A stretch of 64,000 bases of DNA from an uncultured Erysipelotrichaceae bacterium (GTDB lineage Bacteria > Bacillota_I > Bacilli_A > RF39 > UBA660). The stretch is taken from contig CACWUS010000004.1 in NCBI GenBank assembly GCA_902764145.1, positions 8,997 through 72,996 of the forward strand, read 5' to 3'. The translations under genes were made by a program, and so were the position numbers. How positions within the stretch are numbered: the stretch's first letter is position 1; the number at the start of each line of letters is the position of its first letter. This document shows, piece by piece, positions 1 to 10,743 of this stretch. The notes beneath the pieces were generated by a model. The model was not told where the DNA came from and ran no database searches. It worked only from the letters and a program-made list of their open reading frames with translations.

Positions 1-1092
1 AATCTTTAAATCATCAAGTTCATTATAATCATTTACAAGTTCACTAATAATCTTGTTTCTTTCAGTTTTAGCATCAGCTAATTTAACTTTATTAAGTTTA
101 AAGAATCCAGTCCTATTAATTTTTTTATTAAGAGCAAATAACCCCTTCTCTTTCTTTGCTATGTCTTTTAATTTATTTGAAAATAAATCTTTATACTCTT
201 CTTTATGAGCAAATAATTCTTTAAAATTATCAAATATATATTGATATTTAACATATCCTTGATACTCATTTAATGATAATTTTAATTTAAGCAAATTATC
301 ATAATTTCTATTTGATGAAGGATCAAGTAATAAACTTGATATCAAATCTTGAATTCTACTTTCAATAATAAAATCATCTACATCCAATGTTTTATCCATG
401 AATAAATCATATATATATTTAATACTATGATGTTTTATTAATTCATTATTAGAAATAAGTGCCCTATGTGCAGTAATAAACTTATCAAAATCAAATGATG
501 AATATTTTGCATTAAAGAATTCAATTAATTTACTTTCATATTTATAATATAAATGTTTAATATTTAATTCTATTTGAATAATCAAATCAGAATTTTTCCA
601 ATATATTTCATTAAAAACATCCTGAATATTTCCACTATTTTCAAATAATGCTTTCATATAAGTATTAACCGCTTCAGTATGATTAAAATCTGCTTCAGTA
701 AGATTAATTCCAGCTGCTTTAAATGTAGCAATTATTTCTGAAATAATACTATTTACTTCAGCTAAGTTATTATCTGTAGAATTATTTAATTTATAAAATA
801 AATAATCTAAATTCATTTTTTCGCTACAAAAAGCTCTAGAATCAGTTAGTTTTAAAGTATTATAATCAACATTAATATTATTTAACTGATATGTTAAATT
901 TTTAAATTTACTTAAAGCTTCTTCATATCTAGTTTTAATAATTCCTTCAGCTTCTTCAAGCATAGGCTTATATTTTGCTATGCATTCATCTAAATAATCA
1001 TTATATTTCTTTCTATTTTTTTGATTATTAGTAGGAAGGATTTCTAAATTTTCATTGACTTTTTCAATTTCAGAATTCAAATTCTCAATCAT
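1..1092 (-). CDS. Hypothetical helical protein, truncated at left window edge
   Basis: Not in ORF track. ATG at 1092 reads MIENLNSEIEKVNENLEILPTNNQKNRKKY..., and the same frame reads ...IISELVNDYNELDDLKI at position 1. Both ends were translated by hand. Confidence 0.75.
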   Translation of the reverse strand, partial: MIENLNSEIEKVNENLEILPTNNQKNRKKYNDYLDECIAKYKPMLEEAEGIIKTRYEEALSKFKNLTYQLNNINVDYNTLKLTDSRAFCSEKMNLDYLFYKLNNSTDNNLAEVNSIISEIIATFKAAGINLTEADFNHTEAVNTYMKALFENSGNIQDVFNEIYWKNSDLIIQIELNIKHLYYKYESKLIEFFNAKYSSFDFDKFITAHRALISNNELIKHHSIKYIYDLFMDKTLDVDDFIIESRIQDLISSLLLDPSSNRNYDNLLKLKLSLNEYQGYVKYQYIFDNFKELFAHKEEYKDLFSNKLKDIAKKEKGLFALNKKINRTGFFKLNKVKLADAKTERNKIISELVNDYNELDDLKI

Positions 1093-1201
1093 TATTTTCT
1101 TCCTCTTTTCTACTTTCTAAAGATTTAACAAATTTTTTTAATATTTCATAAATTTCTAATAAATCTTTATTACTTAATCCTATCATATTTATCCATCCTT
1201 C

Positions 1202-4200
1202 CTATTTAATAATTATATATTTCTCTACGCTTCCAATTGAAGCATCTTCATCATATAAAATGAATTCCATTTTATATGTACCAGTAATTAATTCTTCATT
1301 TAAAGTAAATGTATAAGAATTATGTTCTCCTGGACTTGTAATAATTTTATATTCTTTCTCATTACTTGTTGGTTGGAAAGCATTATCAAAATAATCTTGT
1401 GCATCCACTAAAATATAATTTGTATCATCTATATGTTCATAACTTCTTCTATACATTTTAAATCTTATATTTGGATTTGCAAGTCCAGAGTTATAATTTA
1501 AGTTATAAACAATTGTGTTTGTTCCATTAGCATTATTACCTGTTAATGAATCAATAATCATTTCTTCAGCAGATGTATTAACATCAAGACCATAAATTTC
1601 ATTAACTATTTCAATTGCAAAATCTTTTGTATCACTAGAAGTTAAACCATAATATATACCATCTGGAGAACCAAATGATTCAAATCTTAATGTATAATTT
1701 CCTGATGCTATTGTAGATGTACCAGTATTAATAATTACCCATTTTTCAGCACTATCAACTTTATCAGCTATTTTAATTCTAGTAGTTCCATCAATATTTG
1801 GGTCATATCTTACCCCATCTATTGTATAATACAAACCTAACAAAGTTGTACCCGTAACTACTTCACCATCAGAATTAATTAATGATATTTTAATTCCTAA
1901 TTTAGAATCAAAATAATGAGTATCATATATAACTGTTGAACCAACCATTTCTTGTGTATAATCAATTGTTAAATCTGCAATTACTGATTCACCATTATAT
2001 ATTTTGTTACTACTTATTGTACCATCCATATCTATTATAGCATCTTTATTAGCATAAATGTTATATGTAAGTACAGAATATTGATTTCCAAGTACTCCAT
2101 ATATTGTTTCTTCATCTGAATCTCTTATACCAAATAACAACTGATTAGCAAGAGAATTAGCATTAATATTAGTATCTCCAAAATCAATTATGAAAATAAA
2201 TTCTTCATTACAATAATTAGCAGTACTATTATAATAAGCAATATTTTTTGCAGCATCATTATAATAAACTCCACTATTTTCTGCTCCCATTGTTTCAAAC
2301 ATCGATATATTATATGATGCTTCATTATCCGATTGCATTTGAGCAGTAGCTGCATCAACATCATTTTGATTAATTACGTGATAATAATATTCAGGATTAT
2401 TTCCACTATAATCAATCATTGTTATTTTAGTATTTAATGGGAAAACATAATTTGAGAACAATGCTCTATGATAACCATTTCTATAAATACTTTCTCCACT
2501 ATTAAACAATGAATAATAAACACTGATTGATGATGAAGATGAAATATTAGTTGCTGTTGATGCAAATAATTCATATTTACGACCAGCAGTCATAGCACCT
2601 TCATAATTAACTGTACTAATCAAAGCTTTACTTAAATTTACCGTTATAATTAATCTCTTTGTTTCTTTTGTTAAAGCATCTATTTGTCTAATTGATGTTA
2701 ACTGTATTCTTACTCTACCTAAATCACCAGTTGAGCTTATATTTTTAGAATGGTGTAAATTGAATAGCAATGTTGGTGATGATGCATTATTACCACCAAC
2801 ATAACTCTCAGTACCAACTACTGCATCCTCTGGATTAGCAACATGAGTTAAGAAAGTAGTATTACCATTAACCAACCATCCAATGTTACTTGTTTCCATT
2901 GTAAGTCCCATAATAGTATCTGCTTCTTGATCTGTATCAGCAATTTTCTTTATATTAGTTTTTGGAACTAATCGAACACTACTATCAAGTTCACTATAAT
3001 CGAAACCTAATATTTCAAATGTTGTATTAGGATGAGTAAAGTCAATTAGTGATAACTCAGCTGTACCTAAAGTAGAATACTTAGAAGCAGATAAATCTAT
3101 TTCGTATTCAATTACACCTTCACCAATTGTCCACATATAAAGTGGTCCACTTGGAGGTGTTGGCTCAATATAATCTATCTTGTTTTTCCCTGTATCTTCT
3201 TGTATATAATTAGTATAAAAACCATCAACTTTTATATCATGATTTGCTTCATGAAGACCAAGTACATATGAACTAACATTATCAAATACATCTCCCCAGT
3301 TAAGAGTTTCATCATATGCATAATCATTATATATACCTACATTTATATCACCATTAGAATTGTATTTATACATTCCAAAGAAAGACATACCATTAACTTC
3401 ACCGTAATCAGTTACGTTTTGGTCTTTTGCTATGTTTAATTTTTTATCTATAAACATATAAACTCTATTATCAACATTTTTAGTTACTGTTTTATTTTCT
3501 TCATCAATATTAACAGCAGCTTTTGCACCAGTAGAAGTTAAACTATTAAATTCTTCTAATAAGTTTGCACCAGTTTCTAAGAATAATGTTGAATTATTTG
3601 TTAAGTCTAATCTCTTAATTCTTGATAATGTAAATAACACATCAGAATATTCATTTTCTCTATCGGTTGCTCCTTCTAATACAATAGCAGAATTATCTAA
3701 TTTTAAGTAATCTGTTCTTTGAATTGATACATTTCTTTGCGGATTACTAAATGTTCCATAATTTTTAATAACAACTTCACTAAGTCCAGTTGTAGTTGAT
3801 GCATTACCACTACCAAATATAGAACCAAGTATTTCAAATGTTGGATAATTATTTCCATTAATATTAACATCTATTCCCTTTGTTACACTAACAAATGTCC
3901 AGTCGTATTCATCAGATCCAGAAGCATTAGCTTCACCTCCACCGAATACAGTTCCCTTTATTGAAACATTTCCTCTTGTAATAATTCCACTTAATTGAAC
4001 ATCTGCTCCAATATTAACATCAGAACGTCCATATACTTTTGAAGTATTAGCACCACCATAAACATTTCCGTAAACAGTTGCACCAGTAATTTTTACACTA
4101 GCAAGTGAATTGTTAACAAGTTCAGAACCTGTTATAGCAGCATTTCCTCCACCAAATACAGAACATTGACTAAGTACTGAACATTGTGGTGTTCCAACTA

Positions 4201-7200
4201 CTGAAGTACCACCTACTATTATACTTGTATTTCCTGTTACAGTAGCATGAGAACCGTTTCCTCCAGCATATGCACTACCCGAAATACTAGTATCATTTAT
4301 TATAACATCAGTACTTCCTCCAACTGTTCCTTCATTTCCTCCTCCATAGATAGAAGAAGAAATTGTTGAGTCATCTATTGTTATACTTGAATTTCCTGTT
4401 ACATTTGCAAGTTGACCATTACCAGCAGCAAATGTACTTCCTGCAATTGTTGTTCCACTAATATTTACTGTTGTGTTTCCTCCAACTGTTCCTTCATTTC
4501 CTCCACCATAAACAGCAGAAGAAATTGTTGAATCAGTAATAGTTAAATTTGAATTTCCAGCTACATGCGCTGTTTGACCATTACCAGCACCAAATGTGCT
4601 TCCTGCAATTGTTGTTCCATCAATAGTAACTGTTGTGTTTCCACTTACTGTACCTTGGTTTCCTCCACCATAAACATTATCTGTTACGTTTGAATTAGCT
4701 ACTGAAAGGATTACACTAGCAGTTACATTAGCAGCATTTCCTCCACCATATATTGTTCCAACAGTTGCATCTTGAACATCTACATTTGTATTTCCTACAT
4801 GAGCTTGATTTCCACCACCATATATTGTTCCAACATTTCCACCTAAGACATTAACATCTGTAGAACTTGTAGTACCTCCGGCATTATTAGCTCCATATAG
4901 ATTTGTAACAGTTCCTTTGTTCATTGTAATTGTTGAATTTGTTATATTTCCTAATTGGTTAGATCCTCCATATACATTAGTAATATTAATAGTTCCATTT
5001 GTAGAATCGCCTAATGTAATATTTGTATTAGAAGCTCCTGCTTTGTTTCCTCCACCATATAACGCTGGTAAAGTGCCACCCATGTTTGTAATTAATACAT
5101 TTGTATTTCCTGTTACAGCTCCTTCATTTCCTCCACCATATAGTGCTGTAGTAACACTTCCGCCACTTACAGATATATTTGTATTACCACTCATTGCTGC
5201 CTGGTTTCCTCCACCAAACATTGTAGTAACACTTCCGCCTGTTTGTGTTACATGTGAAGTTCCTGATATTGCTTTATTTCCTCCACCAAATAATGTTGTT
5301 ACTGTTCCATTATTTAATGTTATGTTTGTTGTAGTTGTTGTTCCTCCATCATTATTACCGCCATATAGGCTTGTAACAGTTCCTTTATTCATAGTAATAG
5401 TTGAAGAATCAACATTTCCTAATTGGTTAGATCCACCATATACATTAGTAATATTAATTGTTCCATTTGTAGAATCGCCTAATGTTATATTTGTATCTGA
5501 AGCTCCTGCTTTATTTCCTCCACCATATACTGCTGGTAAAGTGCCACTCATATTTGTAATTAATACATTTGTGTCTCCCGTTACAGCTCCTTCATTTCCA
5601 CCACCATATAGTGCAGTCGTAATACTTCCACCACTTACAGATATATTTGTATCTCCACTCATGTCTGCTTTGTTTCCTCCACCAAACATTGTGGTTACGC
5701 TTCCGCCTGTTTGTGTTATATGTGAAGTTCCAGATACAGCATCATTTCCTCCACCAAATAGCGTTGTTACTGTTCCATTATTTAATGTTATATTTGTTGT
5801 AGTTGTTGTTCCACCATCGTTATTACCACCATAAAGATTTGTAACACTACCTTTATTCATTGTAATTGTTGAAGAATCAACATCTCCCAATTGGTTAGAT
5901 CCACCATATACGTTTGTTATATTTATATTATTTGGTGAAGAAGCATTGCTTAAAGTAATATTTGTACTAGTTGCTCCTGCTTTGTTTCCTCCGCCATATA
6001 CAGCACTTAATGTATTATTAATATTTTTAATATTAACATTTGTAGTTCCTGTATCAACAAGATTACCTCCACCATAGACAATACCATTTATTGTTCCACC
6101 ATTTAAGTTAACATTAGATTCAGTACAAGTTCCACCTTCATTGTTTCCACCAAATACAGTTCCAACTGTACCACCATCTATATAAACATGACTTTCATCT
6201 ACTACACCTCTTTGATTAGAACCACCATATAAAGTAGATACACTTCCACCTTCTAAATATATACTTGTGTTTCCAACAGAAGTTTTGTTTCCTCCACCAT
6301 ATGCATTTGTTATATTACCACCATTTATAGTAACTACTACATCTCCAAGTGGTTCACCAGCTTCATCACATCCACCAAATACATTTGGTATTGTTCCATT
6401 ATTGATTGTAACATTAACATCACCATTAACATTTGGAGTAAATGTAGTGCTTCCCTTAGCACCTCCAAATACTGAACCTAGTATTGTACCATTATTTACA
6501 GTTACATCAACAGAATATGAATTTGCAGTAGAAGATACTTCTCCTTCATTGACAGTTCCATAAGCACTTCCACCATACACAGTTCCATTAATATTAGGAC
6601 CACCACTACTATTGCCTATTGTTACATTAACATTTTTTGTAACATAAGTACCAGGATCATCATCACTTTGATATCCACCTTCTCCACCGCCATATACATC
6701 CGTATATACAGTTCCAGCAGTTATCGTAACATTAGTATTTCCATTAACCACGCCTTTGGCACATGAACCACCATATACTGAACCGCTAACACTTCCACCA
6801 TCCATTGTTATGTTAATATTAGCAGTATTACTATTATTTGCATTTGTTGTAATTGTTCCGGCACCGGCATTGTTTCCTCCACCATATACTGAACCTTTAA
6901 TTTCACCATCATGAATAATAATATTTAAATTATATGTCTTTCCTGTACCATTTTGTCCAGCAGCACCATAATTTCCACCACCATAAACATTTTTATTAAT
7001 AGTAGCAGATCCATCTATAATTATATTTGAATTATTAACAGTTCCTATTGTTTTAGAAGATGTATTTCCATTTCCATTACCAAATACACTTCCCGCTTCA
7101 ACTAAACTTTCTGGTTCAATAGCATTACTTCCAAGACTAGTATCTCCAATCGTAGCATTTCCACCAATATAAACATAAGAGTCTCCATCAAGTTTACCAT

Positions 7201-10200
7201 TGGTATTATCACTACCATCAGAACCAGTAACACCATTTGATCCACCAAACACTGAATAATTAACAATACCATCAGTTACTTGGATAATTCTATTACCATA
7301 AGTTTGACTTTGTCCTGCACCACCTACTAGTATATCTGCGCTTCCACCTTTCATGTAGATATATACAGTATTAATTGATTTGTTAGTTGATTTTGGAGAT
7401 GGACCACCATTGACATTGTAAATATGTCCACCTTCAATTGTTACAGAACTTGCAGTATATATATTTGCATAACCTCTACCAGAAACATACATACCAGTTG
7501 CAAAATTATACTTGCTAGTTCCAAATGTACCACTTTTAATAATTGTTTGAAGAGCAACATCATAGTTGTGTGTACTATAGTTTGATCCAGACCACATAGC
7601 TGATATTGTAAATGATACTTTTAAATTATCATTGTCTTTCTCGACTCTATCATAATCACAACCATAAGTAGTTATTTCATTTACATATATTGTTTTAGAT
7701 GAGTTTACTGAAAGAGTTGTACTACTAGCAGTATTTAACATACCAGATTCAATTATTAATCTATATTTTGTAATATTTGAAGAACTACCTTGTGTACTAG
7801 TACTATTGTTTCCACCAGCTATATTTGAAAACGTAGTTCTTGATGTATTATATTGAGTAATACCACGTCCAACTTTAACATTATTATAGTTTCCATATAA
7901 TTGACTATATGTACTACCAGATGGAGAAGCACCAGTATTATTAATAGTTGCTCCATAAACTTTCATATCTTCAATTCTTATATCACTATATGCTTGAACA
8001 ATTGAGTTTTGAATTGACCAATAATACCTATTATAGTTATTAGTCCCATTATCTATTGTAGTTAGTGTAAATGGTCTTGTAACAGTATCTCTCCAAACAT
8101 TTGTAATATTAGCACTCATTCTTACTATTGTTGTATCCCTTGTTGTTAAATAATAATACTCTTCCATACCAGCAACTTCCATGTCACCATTAGCATCATA
8201 GAATTGTATCAAATCATAATAAGTGTCATAACTAGAAGCACTTCCACTAGTATACATGTTTCCAGTTGTATCATAATAACCAGCAAGATTAGTTCCATTT
8301 GGAAGATTTACTCTTCTATAAAATCCTGCAGTACTATCACCAATAGATAATTCACCTTCTAGTTCTTGATGTGAAGATACAGTAGTTTGTGTCATTGTAC
8401 CATTTGATAATTCATAATAAGTCGTACCAGAGACATAATTACCTGAAGCAGGAACATAACATGTACAACCACCATAAGTATTACAATATCCATTAAGTTC
8501 TACCCCATTAGCATTTACTGCTCCATCAGGATAATCATAATATCTATAAACAGTACGTCTAGTATATAATCCATTAATACTATCATAAACAGTTTCAACA
8601 CTTGTAACAGCAGTAAAACCATATGCTCTTAAGTTATTATTTGATAAGTTTCTTAAACTTGTAGTAGTTAAATGAAGACCATCTGTCCAACTTGAATAAA
8701 TGTTAGCAGTTATGTTATTTGGAACATCTCCGTTGTAAGTAACAGGTATTTTTATAAATCTTGTGTAAATATCTTTATTTAAATATATTTCTGCTCCTAC
8801 ATAATCAGTAACCCAACCATTAAATGCTTTTCCATCAGGTCTATTTTGGAATGGATTATCTATTAACTCTATTTCAACATAATCATCACTTTTATTACTA
8901 GCAGTTCCATTATTGTTAACTTCATATATTTTATAATATATAAATTGATTTTCATCTTCACCAGATGTGTTTGATATAGCACCAACATTATTATTATCAT
9001 AATCTCTACCATAATAATGTAATTGCGTATATACTAAATTTGAATCATTATAAATGTTTTTTCTTTCAGTTGTTGGTAAAGCACCATTATTAGAATGAGT
9101 ATAATTCAATCCTTCATAATAATTAGCATCACTTTCATAATCATTAACATAAACAATTGAGCCTTCTCTTCCACTATCATGAGCGCTTGGTGCTGATCTA
9201 ACGGCCTTTTTAAGAGCAATTTTCTTACCAGGAAGTGTATCATCAACACCTTTGTTTTGTATTCTAAATGCATTTTTTTCAAACACCCAATTAAAATCAG
9301 ACTTACTATTTAATATTTGTAATATTGCTTTAACAGGAATATTATCATTAAATGTTAATTTACCATTATTAATAGAATATTCATAAGCAGAATCATCAGA
9401 TACTTTGTGATTAAATACCAAATCTAAATGATTACTCATATAAATAATATTTTCTAATTTTGCATTATTATAATTTCTAATTAAAACTGAAGTATCATTA
9501 GCACTACTAGTACCATTAATATTAATATTACTAAAAGTATTTCCATCTATATCATTTAAAATAAATAAAGATGAACTTATATTTTCTTCCTTTCCAGTAA
9601 ATAAAACATTTATTTTATTTAAATTTAAATTCTTAATAACACTTTGTTCTACATTTTTAGCAAGAAATGAAACTTCTATTCTTTCTACCTTATTTTCAAT
9701 AACTTCATCTTCTATATTTTCTTCTTCATTAGCTATATCATTAGTAGTTTCACCTTCTACATTCTCACTATTTGTATCATCAGTATTTTCACCAGCATTT
9801 TCACCAGTAGTGTTATCACTACTATCACTATTTTCATCTGGATTTGTAGAATTTTCATTTGAATTTTTATCTTCATCAGTTGTTTTTTCGCCATCAATCA
9901 CTTCATCTGTTGCACTACTATTATCAGTATTATTATCATCTTTTTTAGTATCATCATTAGAAGTAGGATTTTCATTTGTAACTGAATTATCCTCTGTATT
10001 TTTATTTTCTTCTTTACTAATTTCACTATCATTTGTTGTTTCTAATGTTTCTATATTTTCATTTTCGTCATCAGAAACAGTTGATTTTGCCAAATTCTTA
10101 TTTAGAACATCAGATTCTTTAACAATGATATCAACATCATGAATATTAACATTTTGAATTTTAGCACTATATAATGAATCAAACAATGAAATAGAAGCAA

Positions 10201-10624
10201 TCTTTCCTTCTTCATCTAAATAATACTTAGAAAGTTTAAAATTAAAGATTGAATAACCTTTACCATCAAAATTACCGCTAAATGTTTTAACATCTGCGAA
10301 TGAAAAATCATAACCATTTAAATCTATATTATTATTTAATTCATAAAATTTATTAAAGTATTCACTAGAATCTTCAGAATTAATAACAGTGAAAAAATAA
10401 GCAAGTTCAGAACCATTCTTTATAATATATGGATCACTAGCACTACCAGTTCCTTTATTAAATCTTTTAGCAACAGTTCCATCCCATATAATTGAAGTAG
10501 TTTTTTCACTGAAAGTATTATATAAAACAAAAAAGTTAACAGCAAAAAATAAAAGTACTGCTAATACTAGAAATTTCTTAGTTTTAATGTATGATTTAAG
10601 TTTGTCAATTACATTCTGAAACAT
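1202..10624 (-). CDS. Giant surface protein / putative adhesin (3140 aa): N-terminal TM anchor, GLUG-like domain, acidic linker, long (V/L)(Y/F)GG(G/S)N beta-solenoid repeat region, C-terminal beta-rich domains
   Basis: ORF track; hydrophobic segment KKFLVLAVLLFFAVNFFVLY; 'GTGSASDPYII...ELA...LNNNIDL...FSGNFDGKGYSI' is typical of GLUG-adjacent surface domains; D/E/N/T-rich spacer; dozens of YGGGN/FGGGN units. Confidence 0.85.
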   Translation of the reverse strand: MFQNVIDKLKSYIKTKKFLVLAVLLFFAVNFFVLYNTFSEKTTSIIWDGTVAKRFNKGTGSASDPYIIKNGSELAYFFTVINSEDSSEYFNKFYELNNNIDLNGYDFSFADVKTFSGNFDGKGYSIFNFKLSKYYLDEEGKIASISLFDSLYSAKIQNVNIHDVDIIVKESDVLNKNLAKSTVSDDENENIETLETTNDSEISKEENKNTEDNSVTNENPTSNDDTKKDDNNTDNSSATDEVIDGEKTTDEDKNSNENSTNPDENSDSSDNTTGENAGENTDDTNSENVEGETTNDIANEEENIEDEVIENKVERIEVSFLAKNVEQSVIKNLNLNKINVLFTGKEENISSSLFILNDIDGNTFSNININGTSSANDTSVLIRNYNNAKLENIIYMSNHLDLVFNHKVSDDSAYEYSINNGKLTFNDNIPVKAILQILNSKSDFNWVFEKNAFRIQNKGVDDTLPGKKIALKKAVRSAPSAHDSGREGSIVYVNDYESDANYYEGLNYTHSNNGALPTTERKNIYNDSNLVYTQLHYYGRDYDNNNVGAISNTSGEDENQFIYYKIYEVNNNGTASNKSDDYVEIELIDNPFQNRPDGKAFNGWVTDYVGAEIYLNKDIYTRFIKIPVTYNGDVPNNITANIYSSWTDGLHLTTTSLRNLSNNNLRAYGFTAVTSVETVYDSINGLYTRRTVYRYYDYPDGAVNANGVELNGYCNTYGGCTCYVPASGNYVSGTTYYELSNGTMTQTTVSSHQELEGELSIGDSTAGFYRRVNLPNGTNLAGYYDTTGNMYTSGSASSYDTYYDLIQFYDANGDMEVAGMEEYYYLTTRDTTIVRMSANITNVWRDTVTRPFTLTTIDNGTNNYNRYYWSIQNSIVQAYSDIRIEDMKVYGATINNTGASPSGSTYSQLYGNYNNVKVGRGITQYNTSRTTFSNIAGGNNSTSTQGSSSNITKYRLIIESGMLNTASSTTLSVNSSKTIYVNEITTYGCDYDRVEKDNDNLKVSFTISAMWSGSNYSTHNYDVALQTIIKSGTFGTSKYNFATGMYVSGRGYANIYTASSVTIEGGHIYNVNGGPSPKSTNKSINTVYIYMKGGSADILVGGAGQSQTYGNRIIQVTDGIVNYSVFGGSNGVTGSDGSDNTNGKLDGDSYVYIGGNATIGDTSLGSNAIEPESLVEAGSVFGNGNGNTSSKTIGTVNNSNIIIDGSATINKNVYGGGNYGAAGQNGTGKTYNLNIIIHDGEIKGSVYGGGNNAGAGTITTNANNSNTANINITMDGGSVSGSVYGGSCAKGVVNGNTNVTITAGTVYTDVYGGGEGGYQSDDDPGTYVTKNVNVTIGNSSGGPNINGTVYGGSAYGTVNEGEVSSTANSYSVDVTVNNGTILGSVFGGAKGSTTFTPNVNGDVNVTINNGTIPNVFGGCDEAGEPLGDVVVTINGGNITNAYGGGNKTSVGNTSIYLEGGSVSTLYGGSNQRGVVDESHVYIDGGTVGTVFGGNNEGGTCTESNVNLNGGTINGIVYGGGNLVDTGTTNVNIKNINNTLSAVYGGGNKAGATSTNITLSNASSPNNINITNVYGGSNQLGDVDSSTITMNKGSVTNLYGGNNDGGTTTTTNITLNNGTVTTLFGGGNDAVSGTSHITQTGGSVTTMFGGGNKADMSGDTNISVSGGSITTALYGGGNEGAVTGDTNVLITNMSGTLPAVYGGGNKAGASDTNITLGDSTNGTINITNVYGGSNQLGNVDSSTITMNKGTVTSLYGGNNDGGTTTTTNITLNNGTVTTLFGGGNKAISGTSHVTQTGGSVTTMFGGGNQAAMSGNTNISVSGGSVTTALYGGGNEGAVTGNTNVLITNMGGTLPALYGGGNKAGASNTNITLGDSTNGTINITNVYGGSNQLGNITNSTITMNKGTVTNLYGANNAGGTTSSTDVNVLGGNVGTIYGGGNQAHVGNTNVDVQDATVGTIYGGGNAANVTASVILSVANSNVTDNVYGGGNQGTVSGNTTVTIDGTTIAGSTFGAGNGQTAHVAGNSNLTITDSTISSAVYGGGNEGTVGGNTTVNISGTTIAGSTFAAGNGQLANVTGNSSITIDDSTISSSIYGGGNEGTVGGSTDVIINDTSISGSAYAGGNGSHATVTGNTSIIVGGTSVVGTPQCSVLSQCSVFGGGNAAITGSELVNNSLASVKITGATVYGNVYGGANTSKVYGRSDVNIGADVQLSGIITRGNVSIKGTVFGGGEANASGSDEYDWTFVSVTKGIDVNINGNNYPTFEILGSIFGSGNASTTTGLSEVVIKNYGTFSNPQRNVSIQRTDYLKLDNSAIVLEGATDRENEYSDVLFTLSRIKRLDLTNNSTLFLETGANLLEEFNSLTSTGAKAAVNIDEENKTVTKNVDNRVYMFIDKKLNIAKDQNVTDYGEVNGMSFFGMYKYNSNGDINVGIYNDYAYDETLNWGDVFDNVSSYVLGLHEANHDIKVDGFYTNYIQEDTGKNKIDYIEPTPPSGPLYMWTIGEGVIEYEIDLSASKYSTLGTAELSLIDFTHPNTTFEILGFDYSELDSSVRLVPKTNIKKIADTDQEADTIMGLTMETSNIGWLVNGNTTFLTHVANPEDAVVGTESYVGGNNASSPTLLFNLHHSKNISSTGDLGRVRIQLTSIRQIDALTKETKRLIITVNLSKALISTVNYEGAMTAGRKYELFASTATNISSSSSISVYYSLFNSGESIYRNGYHRALFSNYVFPLNTKITMIDYSGNNPEYYYHVINQNDVDAATAQMQSDNEASYNISMFETMGAENSGVYYNDAAKNIAYYNSTANYCNEEFIFIIDFGDTNINANSLANQLLFGIRDSDEETIYGVLGNQYSVLTYNIYANKDAIIDMDGTISSNKIYNGESVIADLTIDYTQEMVGSTVIYDTHYFDSKLGIKISLINSDGEVVTGTTLLGLYYTIDGVRYDPNIDGTTRIKIADKVDSAEKWVIINTGTSTIASGNYTLRFESFGSPDGIYYGLTSSDTKDFAIEIVNEIYGLDVNTSAEEMIIDSLTGNNANGTNTIVYNLNYNSGLANPNIRFKMYRRSYEHIDDTNYILVDAQDYFDNAFQPTSNEKEYKIITSPGEHNSYTFTLNEELITGTYKMEFILYDEDASIGSVEKYIIIK
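4310..4640. repeat. Intragenic tandem repeat, 162-bp (54-aa) period, ~2 copies
   Basis: ccaactgttccttcatttcct starts at 4320 and again at 4482. Confidence 0.75.
4862..5925. repeat. Intragenic tandem repeat, 468-bp (156-aa) period, a little over 2 copies, high nucleotide similarity
   Basis: aattggttagatcc at 4953, 5421 and 5889 (exact 468-bp spacing); protein repeats ...NITNVYGGSNQLG...TITMNKG... Confidence 0.9.
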
Positions 10625-10654
10625 CTATACTTCCTACTTTCCCATCATATGAAA

Positions 10655-10663
10655 ATTATATCA
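10655..10663 (-). promoter_or_regulatory. Extended -10 promoter (TGaTATAAT) for the giant gene
   Basis: Plus strand attatatca ~30 bp upstream of the ATG at 10624; the same TGnTATAAT motif precedes many genes in the window. Confidence 0.6.
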
Positions 10664-10707
10664 TAAAACAGTGTCGTAAACAACAATTTTACGTACAAAA
10701 ATGGCAT

Positions 10708-10732
10708 AAAAAAACAGCAAGAAATTGCTGTT
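10708..10732 (-). terminator. Intrinsic terminator after the TYAWF gene
   Basis: aacagcaa-gaaa-ttgctgtt stem with an A-run on the left (U-tract on minus strand). Confidence 0.7.
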
Positions 10733-10743
10733 AATTAATAATT

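Noticed and set aside
4917..10142. Plus-strand ORFs 4917..5834, 6267..6563, 9810..10142
   Set aside because: Antisense shadows of the repetitive giant gene; their PPP and Ser/Phe runs mirror GGN and acidic codons.
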